Shown piece after piece: positions 1-8,345 of a stretch of DNA of 23,361 nucleotides. The stretch covers positions 3,801 through 27,161 of the forward strand of contig JBBIJD010000017.1 of the NCBI GenBank assembly GCA_037446135.1, given 5' to 3'. The notes below the pieces were generated by a model. That model did no database searches. It was given only the letters and a program-made list of their open reading frames with translations, and was not told where the DNA came from. This DNA comes from Candidatus Fraserbacteria bacterium. GTDB taxonomy: Bacteria; Bipolaricaulota; Bipolaricaulia; RBG-16-55-9; JANLFV01. Position 1 is the first letter of the stretch, and every line of letters starts with the position of its first letter. Made by a program: the position numbers and the translations under genes.

Positions 1-271
1 GGATCAGGTAGATGACCAGCCCGAGGAGGCTCCCGACTAAGGCCAGGATCGCCCCGGCGAGCAGGTTCCGTCCCCCGCCGTGAGCCAGGCGGTGCTCGAT
101 CGCCGCGACGATCACCTCGATCAGCCCGGCGATGACCAGTCCCCCTGCCCCGCCGAGGACCAGGCTCATCTCCCAGCCCGCCAGGCCGAAGAGCGGTGGA
201 GCGAGCCGGGCCGTCCAGGAGATGAGCGCGCCCACGGCGGAGAGGATGAGATAGAATAAGGCCTTCAGCAT
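1..271 (-). CDS. Integral membrane protein, 5' part only (runs off the window); possibly the N-terminus of a YacL-like PIN/TRAM protein
   Basis: Manual translation from ATG at 271 gives MLKALFYLILSAVGALISWTARLAPPLFGLAGWEMSLVLGGAGGLVIAGLIEVIVAAIEHRLAHGGGRNLLAGAILALVGSLLGLVIYLI..., open to the window edge with three hydrophobic segments. GGGAGG SD upstream; alternative in-frame ATG at 289. The YacL resemblance rests on topology only and is weak. Confidence 0.7.
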   Translation of the reverse strand, partial: MLKALFYLILSAVGALISWTARLAPPLFGLAGWEMSLVLGGAGGLVIAGLIEVIVAAIEHRLAHGGGRNLLAGAILALVGSLLGLVIYLI

Positions 272-314
272 CGGCCTCCCTCCCCTCATTTAGGAGTCGA
301 CTCCGCTACTGTTG

Positions 315-343
315 ATCATACCAGATGGTTGACACCTTTACAA
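315..343 (-). promoter_or_regulatory. Sigma70-type promoter for the leftward membrane-protein gene
   Basis: Minus strand TTGTAA (343-338), 17-nt spacer, TATGAT (320-315), with an extended -10 TG (TGgTATGAT). Confidence 0.7.
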
Positions 344-358
344 TCGCTCCGCTAACCT
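329..358 (+). promoter_or_regulatory. Sigma70-type promoter for prmC-ftsE-ftsX, overlapping the divergent promoter
   Basis: TTGACA (329-334), 18-nt spacer, TAACCT (353-358); prmC ATG lies 7 nt downstream. Confidence 0.6.
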
Positions 359-365
359 GGGAGCG

Positions 366-1226
366 ATGAAGGCGAGGGAGTGGACAGTCCGGGAGGCCCT
401 GGACTGGACGGGGACCTATCTCCGGCGGGGCGGGGTCGAGCGGGCGAGCTTCGAGGCCGCGGAGCTCCTCGCCCATGCTTTAGGGAAGGAGCGGCTGGCC
501 CTCTATCTTGAGCCTGAGAGGGTCCTGACCCTAGAGGAGCGGGCCCGGTTCCGCGAGCTGGTCAAGCGCCGTCGGGCTGGGGTCCCGTTGCAATACCTCC
601 TCGGCCAGGCAGAGTTCATGAACTTGCGCCTGCGGGTCGACGAGCGGGTCCTCATCCCCCGGCCGGAGACGGAGGAACTCGTCGAGCTGATCCTCCGTGA
701 GCTCGACCCTCAGCGGGAGTGGGAGGTCCTAGAGCTTGGGACCGGCTCGGGTGCGATCGCCCTCGCCTTGGCTTGGGCCCTCCCCAAGAGCCGGGTCCTG
801 GCGACCGATATCTCTCCTCAGGCCCTAGCCTTAGCGCGGGAGAACGCCTTGCGGAATGGGTTGGAGCAGCGAGTCAGCTTCATCGAATCCGATTGGTTCG
901 AGGGGGTCGCGGGCGAATTTGACCTGGTCGTGGCCAATCCGCCATATGTTAGTCGAGAGGAGGTGAGCCGCCTCCCTAAAGAGGTGCGCGAGCATGAGCC
1001 GCGGCTCGCTTGGGACGGGGGTGAAGGGGGCCTGATGGCCATCCGAGAGATCATCGTCTCCGCTCCGGGCCATCTCCGGCCCGAGGGGCGGCTCTACCTG
1101 GAGATCGGGGCCGCTCAAGGCGGGCAGGTCGAGGCCCTCGCCCTGGCCACACGGGCATATAAGGAGGTCCAGGCCTTGCCGGACCTCAGCGGGCGGACGC
1201 GATTCCTGAGGGCGATCCGACGATGA
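366..1226 (+). CDS. prmC: Release factor glutamine N5-methyltransferase PrmC/HemK
   Basis: 286 aa with PLQYLLG, VLIPRPETEELVE, SAM-binding LELGTGSGAIA, catalytic NPPY, EPRLAWDGG and LEIG motifs. Confidence 0.95.
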   Translation: MKAREWTVREALDWTGTYLRRGGVERASFEAAELLAHALGKERLALYLEPERVLTLEERARFRELVKRRRAGVPLQYLLGQAEFMNLRLRVDERVLIPRPETEELVELILRELDPQREWEVLELGTGSGAIALALAWALPKSRVLATDISPQALALARENALRNGLEQRVSFIESDWFEGVAGEFDLVVANPPYVSREEVSRLPKEVREHEPRLAWDGGEGGLMAIREIIVSAPGHLRPEGRLYLEIGAAQGGQVEALALATRAYKEVQALPDLSGRTRFLRAIRR

Positions 1227-1885
1227 TCATGATCGAGGTCTCGGAGCTGAGCTTCTACACTGATGAGGGGCGGGCGATCTTCGAGGGCCTCCGCCTCCGA
1301 GTGGAGATGGGTGAGTGGCTGATCCTCCTCGGGCCGCGCGGTTCGGGGAAGACGACCCTCCTCAAGCTCCTCTGGGGCGAGCTCAAGCCCCATCGTGGCC
1401 AGATCCTCGTTGACGAGCGGAATGTCACCCGCCTGAGCCCGGCTAAGCTCCTCCAGCTCCGGCGGAACTTGGGGATCGTCCCCGAGGAGCCGCTGATCCT
1501 CAGCCAGGAGACGGTCCTCGCCGGCCTGACTTTCAAGCTCCGGGCCCTCGGGCTGGCTGCGGGCGAGGCGGACCGGAAGGCCGCAGAAACCCTCGAACTC
1601 TTGGGACTCGCTCACCTGGCCAGCCGCGCGCCTCGTGAGCTCGGGCCGGTAGAGCAGGCCCTGGTTCAGATAGCCCTGGCCGTCTGTCATGATCCGATCC
1701 TCCTCCTGGCCGATGAGCCCTGCCGCGGGCTGGAGAAGGATGGGGTCCTAACGGTCCTGAAGGCCCTCGACCGGCTCCATCAACGGAAGCGGCTGACGAT
1801 CCTCCTCACTGCGGAGGAGGGGATCCCAGGGTTCGGGACGCGGACCGTCCTCCTGAAGGACGGCCGCCTGGAGGGGACGAGATGA
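1223..1885 (+). CDS. ftsE: FtsE-like ABC ATP-binding protein with degenerate signature, Q-loop and H-loop
   Basis: Walker A GPRGSGKTT, Walker B LLLADEP and FtsE-like LRRNLGIV segment; followed by an FtsX-like gene; ATGA overlap with the prmC stop. Confidence 0.7.
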   Translation: MIMIEVSELSFYTDEGRAIFEGLRLRVEMGEWLILLGPRGSGKTTLLKLLWGELKPHRGQILVDERNVTRLSPAKLLQLRRNLGIVPEEPLILSQETVLAGLTFKLRALGLAAGEADRKAAETLELLGLAHLASRAPRELGPVEQALVQIALAVCHDPILLLADEPCRGLEKDGVLTVLKALDRLHQRKRLTILLTAEEGIPGFGTRTVLLKDGRLEGTR

Positions 1886-2730
1886 TCAATCTCTTGGGCG
1901 AGGTCCTCCGCCTCCTCCGGAGGAGAGGGAAGGGCTCGCTCCTCCTCTGTTGGGGGCTATTGTTCCTCTTTCTGGGGTTGCTCGACTTCTTCGTCCTCAC
2001 TTGGAGCGGGTTGGGCGGGGGAGAGGGGGTCGAGTTGGTGGTCCTCCTCGAGCCCGGGCTCCTCCCCAGCCAGGTCGATCGGCTCTACCTGGAGATCCGG
2101 GAGTGGGAGGAGGTGGCACGGGTCGAGTTCATCTTCGCTGAGGAGGTCAAATCCGAGAGGGTGAAGCTCCCGGCCCAGGTGAAGGAGCCCCAAGGCGACC
2201 TCTTCTGGCTCTGGCTCCGCGAGCCCGGGCCCGGGGCGGTCGAGGCCATCCAGGAGAGGCTGGCGGGGCTGACCGGGATCGCCTCGGTCTTTGCCCATGG
2301 CCAGCGGCCGCTCACTGCCATCCTGCAGACGACCCCGGGGGCGAGGTGGGGCCTGCTCGCCCTCTTGGTGGGCTTCGGCCTCTTCGTCCTGGTCTACTTC
2401 CGCGCGACCTTCCGCTCACTGATCCAGGGCTGGGGCGGGGAGCTCCGGCTCCTCCATCTCTCGGGAGTAGCCCGGCGGACGATGGGGCGGCCATTCCTTC
2501 TCCTCGCCTTATTCCTCGGCCTTTCGGCCGGGCTGGTCCTGGCCTTGGGGCTCTATTTCATCTACTGCTGGGGGCTCGAGCATACGGAGGCACTCTACCG
2601 CTCAATCCCCGCGCTACTCGAGCCCGGAACGGTCCTGGTTGCGGGGCTCCTGGCTCTGGGAGCGGGGCTCCTGCTCGCCCTCCTCGGCGGGGCTTGGAGC
2701 CTCTTGGTCCTCCGGCGGATCGCGCCCTAG
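1882..2730 (+). CDS. ftsX: FtsX-like cell division permease (divergent)
   Basis: 282 aa with one N-terminal TM, an extracytoplasmic loop of about 110 aa and three C-terminal TMs. ELRLLHLSGVARRTMGRPFL resembles the FtsX EIxIMxLVGAxxxFIxxPF motif. ATGA overlap with ftsE. Confidence 0.65.
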   Translation: MINLLGEVLRLLRRRGKGSLLLCWGLLFLFLGLLDFFVLTWSGLGGGEGVELVVLLEPGLLPSQVDRLYLEIREWEEVARVEFIFAEEVKSERVKLPAQVKEPQGDLFWLWLREPGPGAVEAIQERLAGLTGIASVFAHGQRPLTAILQTTPGARWGLLALLVGFGLFVLVYFRATFRSLIQGWGGELRLLHLSGVARRTMGRPFLLLALFLGLSAGLVLALGLYFIYCWGLEHTEALYRSIPALLEPGTVLVAGLLALGAGLLLALLGGAWSLLVLRRIAP

Positions 2731-2741
2731 CCCTAGGTTAG

Positions 2742-3683
2742 CTAGAAGGAGAGCCTCAGCCCGAAGCTATAGGAGAAGCCCTTTGGGGTGAGGTGACTCT
2801 CGCTCTGGAGGGCGAACTCCGCGGTGGAGTAGCTCGAGAGGAGGTCGACCTCCACATGGTCGGGGAAGAAACGGAGGTTAAGGTCGCCCTGGGCAATCGC
2901 TGCTCGCTTCTGCTCAGGTGTGTAGAGGACCCCCTGGCGGAAGCCGAGCGAGATGAGCGTGTAGCCCATCTCGGTCTCCTGGGGGAATTGGCGGAGGAGG
3001 CGGAGGGCGAAGCTCCCGAGCTCGGCGTTGAGGAGGAGGCCCGGTGCGATCCGCGAGCTCCCCAAAGGGGTCGTGAACCCCTCGGAGAGGGTCAGCTCTT
3101 CAGAGAACCGCCGCCGGATCTCCATATATAGGCTGGAGTTGGGAAAGTAGCCCGGCTCCCGGCTGGCGGCGGTCGTCAAGGACCATTCCGGGAAGTATGG
3201 TTCTCTGGTCCTTCCCACCCAGGGCTGGATGGCCAGCTCGCCCCAGTCGAGCTGGAGATGGCCGCGGAGACCGATGTTCCCCACGGCATACTCCCCCTTG
3301 AGGAAGAACATCGCCCCGGAGGTGGAGAAAGACAGGTCAGTGAGGACTGAGAGGAAGGCCAGCCCAGAGAGCTCCAGCCGCTCCCCGAAGAGCCCAGCGG
3401 TCAGGCCCCGGCCAGGATAAGCCATCAGGTAGGGTCGGAGCTCCAGCCCGAACCTTCGGATCGGCGAGAGCGGGGGGAGGAGCCCGAGCTCGATCCCCTC
3501 AAGCCTGGGCTGGGAGAGCGAGAGGCGGTAGCCCAGGATAAAGGCATCCTGGAAGAGCGCGAGCCTAAGCTCGCTCGCCTCGCCGTTGTTCTCGAAGGCC
3601 AGGCTCAGCTCCTCGGCCCCCACAGCCCCGGAGAGGGCGAGGAGGAGGACGAGGGAGAAGAGGCCGACTCGGAGCAGGGTCAC
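2742..3683 (-). CDS. Secreted hypothetical protein, probable outer-membrane beta-barrel
   Basis: GTG start after AGGAGG SD; Sec signal peptide (MTLLRVGLFSLVLLLALSGAVGA|EE); many amphipathic beta-like stretches; C-terminus FSYSFGLRLSF with terminal Phe. Confidence 0.65.
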   Translation of the reverse strand: MTLLRVGLFSLVLLLALSGAVGAEELSLAFENNGEASELRLALFQDAFILGYRLSLSQPRLEGIELGLLPPLSPIRRFGLELRPYLMAYPGRGLTAGLFGERLELSGLAFLSVLTDLSFSTSGAMFFLKGEYAVGNIGLRGHLQLDWGELAIQPWVGRTREPYFPEWSLTTAASREPGYFPNSSLYMEIRRRFSEELTLSEGFTTPLGSSRIAPGLLLNAELGSFALRLLRQFPQETEMGYTLISLGFRQGVLYTPEQKRAAIAQGDLNLRFFPDHVEVDLLSSYSTAEFALQSESHLTPKGFSYSFGLRLSF

Positions 3684-3687
3684 TCTT

Positions 3688-4704
3688 TCACCTCCTCGAC
3701 CGCCGGCGGCGGAGCAGTCCGAATTCCATCAACAATGATACTCCCAGGATAACGAGGGTCAACTCCAGCCCCTTCAAGACCAGGGCGAAGGCCACCGCCC
3801 CGGCCCGGCCGACCCCGATCAGGGCCAGGATCCCGACCCAGCCGCCCTCAGCGATCCCGATCCCTCCAGGAGTGATCCAGAGCAAGGCCGCGAGGATGAC
3901 CCAGAGGGAGTAAGCTAAGGAGAGGTTAGGGAAGGAGAAGAGCCTCCCCTGGCTGAAGTAGAAGAAGATCTGGGGCCGGAGGTAGATGAGGAGGTTGGCA
4001 GCGAAGCTGGAGAGGAAGGCCAATGCCGTGGCGGGGAGCTTGGAGCTCTGGTGGAAGGCCTGGTGAGTCTCCCCCTCGACGAGGGCTACCTTCGCGGTGG
4101 CCTTCTCGAGGGCCACTTTCCACCAGGGGAGGAGCCGCTTAAGCCCGCGCATCAGCCGGGTCCCCAGCCCGAGGTTCAGGACGAAATTCAAGGAGCCGAG
4201 GAAGACCCAAAAACTGAAGAAGATCGTCCCGTAGAGGAGCGACTCCCGCTGGATCGGGGGCAAGTTCCCTCCAGCGAAGAGGGCGTAGTAGACCCCTAAG
4301 AGGACGAAGAGGACCAGGCTGATCGCCTCGAGGAGCTTGGCTACGAAGACCGTGGCATAGAGGCGTGGCTGGGGGAGGCCGATCTCCTTGGAGAAGACAT
4401 AGACCCGGACTGGCTCCCCTCCGAAATACATCGAAGGGGTGAGATAGCTCACAGTATAGCCACTGAGTAAGGCCCGGAGGACCGCGCGCCAGGGGGCCGC
4501 GATCTCGTAAGCCCGGAGGATGATCCGCCAGGTGAGGGCCCAAAAGAAGAAGGTCAAGAAGAAATCGGCAGCTAGGATGAGTGAACCGAGCCAGCCGAGG
4601 GCCAAGATCTCTCGGACGATCGCACCCCAGCCGACATAGTAGAGGATCACGGCGAGGATCCCCAGCCCGATCGCGACCGAGAGGCTGATGGCAATGGCCT
4701 TCAC
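3688..4704 (-). CDS. UPF0104 / lysylphosphatidylglycerol synthase TM-domain (flippase-like) protein
   Basis: 338 aa with about 8 TMs; family-like motifs TWRIIL, YLTPSMYFGGEPVRVY and ITPGGIGIAEG. Confidence 0.85.
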   Translation of the reverse strand: MKAIAISLSVAIGLGILAVILYYVGWGAIVREILALGWLGSLILAADFFLTFFFWALTWRIILRAYEIAAPWRAVLRALLSGYTVSYLTPSMYFGGEPVRVYVFSKEIGLPQPRLYATVFVAKLLEAISLVLFVLLGVYYALFAGGNLPPIQRESLLYGTIFFSFWVFLGSLNFVLNLGLGTRLMRGLKRLLPWWKVALEKATAKVALVEGETHQAFHQSSKLPATALAFLSSFAANLLIYLRPQIFFYFSQGRLFSFPNLSLAYSLWVILAALLWITPGGIGIAEGGWVGILALIGVGRAGAVAFALVLKGLELTLVILGVSLLMEFGLLRRRRSRR

Positions 4705-4713
4705 TGAATCACC

Positions 4714-6351
4714 TCAAATATAGCCCAAGTCGCGGAGCCGCTTCCGGGCCTCCTCTTCCCAATCTTTCCCCTCGTTCTCCTCGGCTGCCGCGGGCTCCGC
4801 TTTAGGCTTATACTCCATCGGCTGGACCTCGCGGTAGGCCTGGAAGAGCCCGGCGAGCGGTCGCCCCTCCAGCCCCTCAGGGATCTGGAGGCCCATGGCA
4901 TAGAGTATGGTCGGGGGGAGGTCCAGGAGCCTTGCCCCGCGCACTTCTCCCCGCGCCAGGCCCGGCCCGGAGGCGATGAGGATCCCCTCTAGCTCATGCC
5001 AGCCCGAGCCGGCGAAAGTGGGGGTGATGATCCGGTTAGCAGGGAAGTCTGTGGTCCCCAGGACCATGTAGCCCCGCTTGGGGAGGAAGAGGATCTCCGG
5101 GGCCTGGGGGATGGCCCCGCCGTGATAGAGCTCCTCCTTGCGATAGAGCCGCTCGACCACTCTCTCCCCGTTCCAGGGGTTGCGGAGCTCCCTCAGCCCG
5201 GCGGAGAGCTCCTCGACGAACTTCTCGGCCTCCTTCTCGCTCACGATCCCCTCCGGCTCGCGCCCCCGCTTATTCAAGTAGATCTGGCCGATATTCCCGT
5301 GGGAGTAGGCCCTTGTCCTTCGCCAGTCCACATCAGAGAAGGAGAGGAAGAACCGCCCCAATAGCTCCCGGAGCTCGCCGTAGCCGAGCCTAGCTCCCCG
5401 CCCTAAGAGCCGGAGCCGCTCGCCCCAGGGGAAGAGCCGCTCCTGGGTCAGCCCCAAGCGGAGGGCTGCCAGCCTCAACTTGGTCCTCGGCCCCCGCCGG
5501 AGACGGAGATACCCCTCCCGGAGGAGCCAGATGTTGATGTATAAGTTCCAGTAGAGCGGGCCGAAGCCGTGATCTGAGATGACGAAAACCCTCGTCCGTG
5601 GCGGAAGCTCGGCCAGGAGCTCGCCGAGGGCCCGATCGACCTCGCGATAGATCTCGAGGATCGGCTCGTCCTCGCCCTCGATCTTGACCCGGTAAGCGGG
5701 CCGCTCCACCCTGTCATGGAGGTGCCACATCTGGTGCTGGACGGGGTCGGTCTCCATGAAGTGGAGGATGAAGAGGTCCCAGTCAAAGCGGCGGAGGAGA
5801 TATCGGGCCACCCTCTCCCGCTGGCTGATCCCCTGTTTCAGCCCCGCGAGCCACCGGCGGGCCTGGTGCCGGCCCGGCCAATGGTCCGGCATAAAGGGGA
5901 ACCGCCCGACGCTCGCCTCCAGCTCCGCTGCTAGCCTCTCAGGGTAGGTCCACTGCCCACCCTCGGGGGTCAGGAGGCCACAGATCAGGAAGCCGTTCAC
6001 CGGCTGGGGCGGATAGGTGACCGGGAGGCCGACAATCCCGACCTTCCCCCCCTGACTCCCGATGTAGTCCCAGAGGCGTGGCTGCCTGATTAGTGTCGAG
6101 CTGATCGGGCGGAGGCGGTAGCTCCCTGACTCGCGGACCAGCCAGTCGAAGGCCCCATGTTCTCCGGGATTCACCCCCGTCTGGAAGGTCGTCCAGGCGG
6201 CAGCGGTGATCGGTGGGATCGTGCTCTCCAATTCACCATAGGCCCCACTCTTGAGGAGGGCCCCCAGGTTGGGGAGCTCGCCCCGTTCGACCGCTGGGCG
6301 GATGATAGAGAAGGTCGCCCCGTCCAGCCCGAAGACGGCTACCTTATTCAC
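4714..6351 (-). CDS. Alkaline phosphatase superfamily protein (type I phosphodiesterase / nucleotide pyrophosphatase-like), cytoplasmic
   Basis: VFGLDGAT, STIPPITAAAWTTFQTGVNPGEHG (Thr nucleophile region), ETDPVQH, ISDHGF, SGWH and C-terminal RLRDLGYI; no signal peptide. Confidence 0.88.
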   Translation of the reverse strand: MNKVAVFGLDGATFSIIRPAVERGELPNLGALLKSGAYGELESTIPPITAAAWTTFQTGVNPGEHGAFDWLVRESGSYRLRPISSTLIRQPRLWDYIGSQGGKVGIVGLPVTYPPQPVNGFLICGLLTPEGGQWTYPERLAAELEASVGRFPFMPDHWPGRHQARRWLAGLKQGISQRERVARYLLRRFDWDLFILHFMETDPVQHQMWHLHDRVERPAYRVKIEGEDEPILEIYREVDRALGELLAELPPRTRVFVISDHGFGPLYWNLYINIWLLREGYLRLRRGPRTKLRLAALRLGLTQERLFPWGERLRLLGRGARLGYGELRELLGRFFLSFSDVDWRRTRAYSHGNIGQIYLNKRGREPEGIVSEKEAEKFVEELSAGLRELRNPWNGERVVERLYRKEELYHGGAIPQAPEILFLPKRGYMVLGTTDFPANRIITPTFAGSGWHELEGILIASGPGLARGEVRGARLLDLPPTILYAMGLQIPEGLEGRPLAGLFQAYREVQPMEYKPKAEPAAAEENEGKDWEEEARKRLRDLGYI

Positions 6352-6363
6352 CTAAGATCAAGA

Positions 6364-7056
6364 TCAGGCTAACCCAGCGGCCCGGGGCGGGGCAACTCGC
6401 ACCTCCCGCCCGAAGAGCCGCCGCCCGAGCTCCTTCGTCAGCTCTTCGAGATATCGTCGGCCCTCCCGGCGATACCGCTCCAAGTCAGGCCAGAGCGGCT
6501 CAAGGAAGGCCAGCCTCACCCGCGGGGCCTCCCGGCGATACCGCCGGAAGACGAGGAAAGGGAAGATGTAAAAAGGAGTCCCGACTTGGACGAATACCCC
6601 GCGATCGATCACTAGAGGGAGGAGGGGCCTATTGGCCTGGCAGGCGAGGAAGGCTGCCCCGAGATGGAGGAGTCCCTGCCCGTGGTCATGCCCTTCGGGG
6701 AAGACCACCACCGGGCGATCCGCGGCCAGCCAAGCCATCGCCCCGCGGAGGGCTTTCAAGTTCGGGCCGGACTCCTCCACGATCCAGCCGCCCCAATGGG
6801 CCAGGAAGAGCTGCCGGGCCAGCGGCCCGGCCTCGAGTCGGAAGATGAACCGGCTCCGGCCCTTGGAGCAGATCCGCTCGCCGAGGGCCAGTCGGACGAA
6901 ATAGGGATCGAGTTCGCCCATATGGGTGGGGCAGAGGATATACCCCCCTTTAGGGACATGCTCCTGCCCGCTGATCTCGAGCTTAACGGATCGGGCGATC
7001 AGCTCCATCGGGAGGAAGCTGAGGACCCCTATGACCTTGAGCAGAAGGGCGATCAT
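6364..7056 (-). CDS. PlsC-type (lyso)phospholipid/glycolipid acyltransferase
   Basis: HX4D motif (THMGELD) and block III VFPEG. Start moved to ATG 7056 (MIALLL...), which forms an ATGA overlap with the GT2 stop and follows a GGAGG SD. Confidence 0.8.
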   Translation of the reverse strand: MIALLLKVIGVLSFLPMELIARSVKLEISGQEHVPKGGYILCPTHMGELDPYFVRLALGERICSKGRSRFIFRLEAGPLARQLFLAHWGGWIVEESGPNLKALRGAMAWLAADRPVVVFPEGHDHGQGLLHLGAAFLACQANRPLLPLVIDRGVFVQVGTPFYIFPFLVFRRYRREAPRVRLAFLEPLWPDLERYRREGRRYLEELTKELGRRLFGREVRVAPPRAAGLA

Positions 7057-7745
7057 CTCCGCCTCCCCAGCCAAGTGACGGCCCAATAATTCCGGGTGTT
7101 CTCCCACATGTAGCGGAAGGAGCCCCCGCGGAGCTTCCGCGGGGAGGTATAGACGACCAGCCGGCGATGGAACCGGATATACCCCTCTCTCTTCAATTTC
7201 AGGGAGAGCTGGAGGTCCTCAGCAGCTCGGTAGAAGTGGTCGCCCTCCTTGAAGCCCCCAGCCCTCTCGAAGGCGGCCCGGCGGACGGCGAAGTTCGGGC
7301 CGCAGAAGTGGGGTCGGCCTAAGAGATGGTTGAGCCTGAGGAAGGAGATGAAGAGGAACTCCGCCAGCCACTGGCCGAACCCGCGCCGCTCGCGGAGGCG
7401 GATCTTCCCGTAGATTCCGACTTGGTCAGGATGCTCATCGAATGAGCAGACGATCAGCTCGAGCCAGTCGGGCGGGACGACCGTATCGGCATCAGTCGAG
7501 GCGATGAACTCGCCTCGGGCCGCTTCGAACCCCCGCTGGCGGGCGAAGCTCACCCCCGGCCGGGCCTCGGGAATCACGCGGCAGCCATAGCGTCGGGCGA
7601 TCGCTTGTGTGGCGTCGGTCGAGCCGTTATCGACGACGATCACCTCGAAGTCGCGGAATCGCTGGCCTTTTAGGCTCTCCAAGCAAAGCTCGATCTCTTG
7701 CTCCTCATTCCGCGCGGGGATGACCACGCTGACTCTCGGCCCCAT
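7053..7745 (-). CDS. Glycosyltransferase family 2
   Basis: VSVVIPARNEE, VVDNGSTD, DxD motif (TDAD), GPNFAVRR and AEDLQL; purine-rich SD upstream. Confidence 0.92.
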   Translation of the reverse strand: MGPRVSVVIPARNEEQEIELCLESLKGQRFRDFEVIVVDNGSTDATQAIARRYGCRVIPEARPGVSFARQRGFEAARGEFIASTDADTVVPPDWLELIVCSFDEHPDQVGIYGKIRLRERRGFGQWLAEFLFISFLRLNHLLGRPHFCGPNFAVRRAAFERAGGFKEGDHFYRAAEDLQLSLKLKREGYIRFHRRLVVYTSPRKLRGGSFRYMWENTRNYWAVTWLGRRR

Positions 7746-7774
7746 CCCTCTCCTCTCGTCTGCCCTGCTGGGCT

Positions 7775-7803
7775 AGCTTAACAAGAGAGGCTTCTCCTGG
7801 CAA
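7775..7803 (-). promoter_or_regulatory. Sigma70-type promoter of the GT2 operon
   Basis: Minus strand TTGCCA (7803-7798), 17 nt, TAAGCT (7780-7775), with an extended -10 TG. Confidence 0.65.
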
Positions 7804-7804
7804 T

Positions 7805-7833
7805 TTCCCCGTTCGGGCTGGAGACGCTAGAAT
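7805..7833 (+). promoter_or_regulatory. Candidate promoter of the LOG-family gene (probably leaderless)
   Basis: TAGAAT at 7828-7833, 7 nt before ATG 7841; weak -35 (TTCCCC) at 17-nt spacing; no SD. Confidence 0.5.
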
Positions 7834-7840
7834 TTACAAG

Positions 7841-8287
7841 ATGAGGCTGATCGGAGTTATCGGTGGGGGGAGCTGCTCAGCGGAGCTGGCCGCCCAGGCC
7901 GAGGCCGTCGGGGAAGGGTTGGCCCGCCGCGGCTTGACAGTGATCTGCGGCGGTCACGGCGGGGTAATGGAAGCCGTCTGCCGCGGGGCGAAGCGCGCGG
8001 GCGGGCTGACGATCGGGGTTCTGCCGGGTAGTGACCCCAAGGAGGCAAACCCTTATGTCGATATTCCCATCCCAACCGGGCTGGGCCAGGCGCGGAACCT
8101 GGTGATCATCAATGCCGCCGCTGCGATCATCGCCATCGATGGGGGATATGGGACCCTCTCGGAGCTGGGATTTGCACTGAAGTTGGGAAAACGGGTTGTG
8201 GGCCTGGCGACCTGGGAGGTCCCTGGGGTGATCATGGCCGGCTCCCCAGTGGAGGCGGTCGCCCTGGCCCTCCATGGGCTAGAATGA
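7841..8287 (+). CDS. TIGR00725 family / LOG (SLOG superfamily) nucleotide-binding protein
   Basis: IGVIGG, CGGHGGVMEAVCRGA, TIGVLPG, ANPYVDIPIPTGLGQARN and GGYGTLSE motifs. Confidence 0.9.
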   Translation: MRLIGVIGGGSCSAELAAQAEAVGEGLARRGLTVICGGHGGVMEAVCRGAKRAGGLTIGVLPGSDPKEANPYVDIPIPTGLGQARNLVIINAAAAIIAIDGGYGTLSELGFALKLGKRVVGLATWEVPGVIMAGSPVEAVALALHGLE

Positions 8288-8316
8288 TGTTCAGCTCAGC
8301 GATCCAGTGGGGGGAC

Positions 8317-8345
8317 TTGATCTTTGTGCGATCTGGTGCTAGACT
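8317..8345 (+). promoter_or_regulatory. Sigma70-type promoter for dnaN
   Basis: TTGATC (8317-8322), 17 nt, TAGACT (8340-8345), with an extended -10 TG. Confidence 0.6.

Noticed and set aside
1089..2097. 18-bp direct repeat CGGCTCTACCTGGAGATC at 1089-1106 and 2080-2097
   Set aside because: Both copies are in-frame RLYLEI in intact genes using preferred codons; nothing indicates a mobile element between them, so it is probably coincidence.
7057..7107. Longer ORF-track starts for the acyltransferase (7107), DUF58 (20051) and last membrane protein (21358)
   Set aside because: The extensions lie deep inside upstream genes; downstream ATGs with an SD or ATGA coupling (7056, 20126, 21415) fit better.
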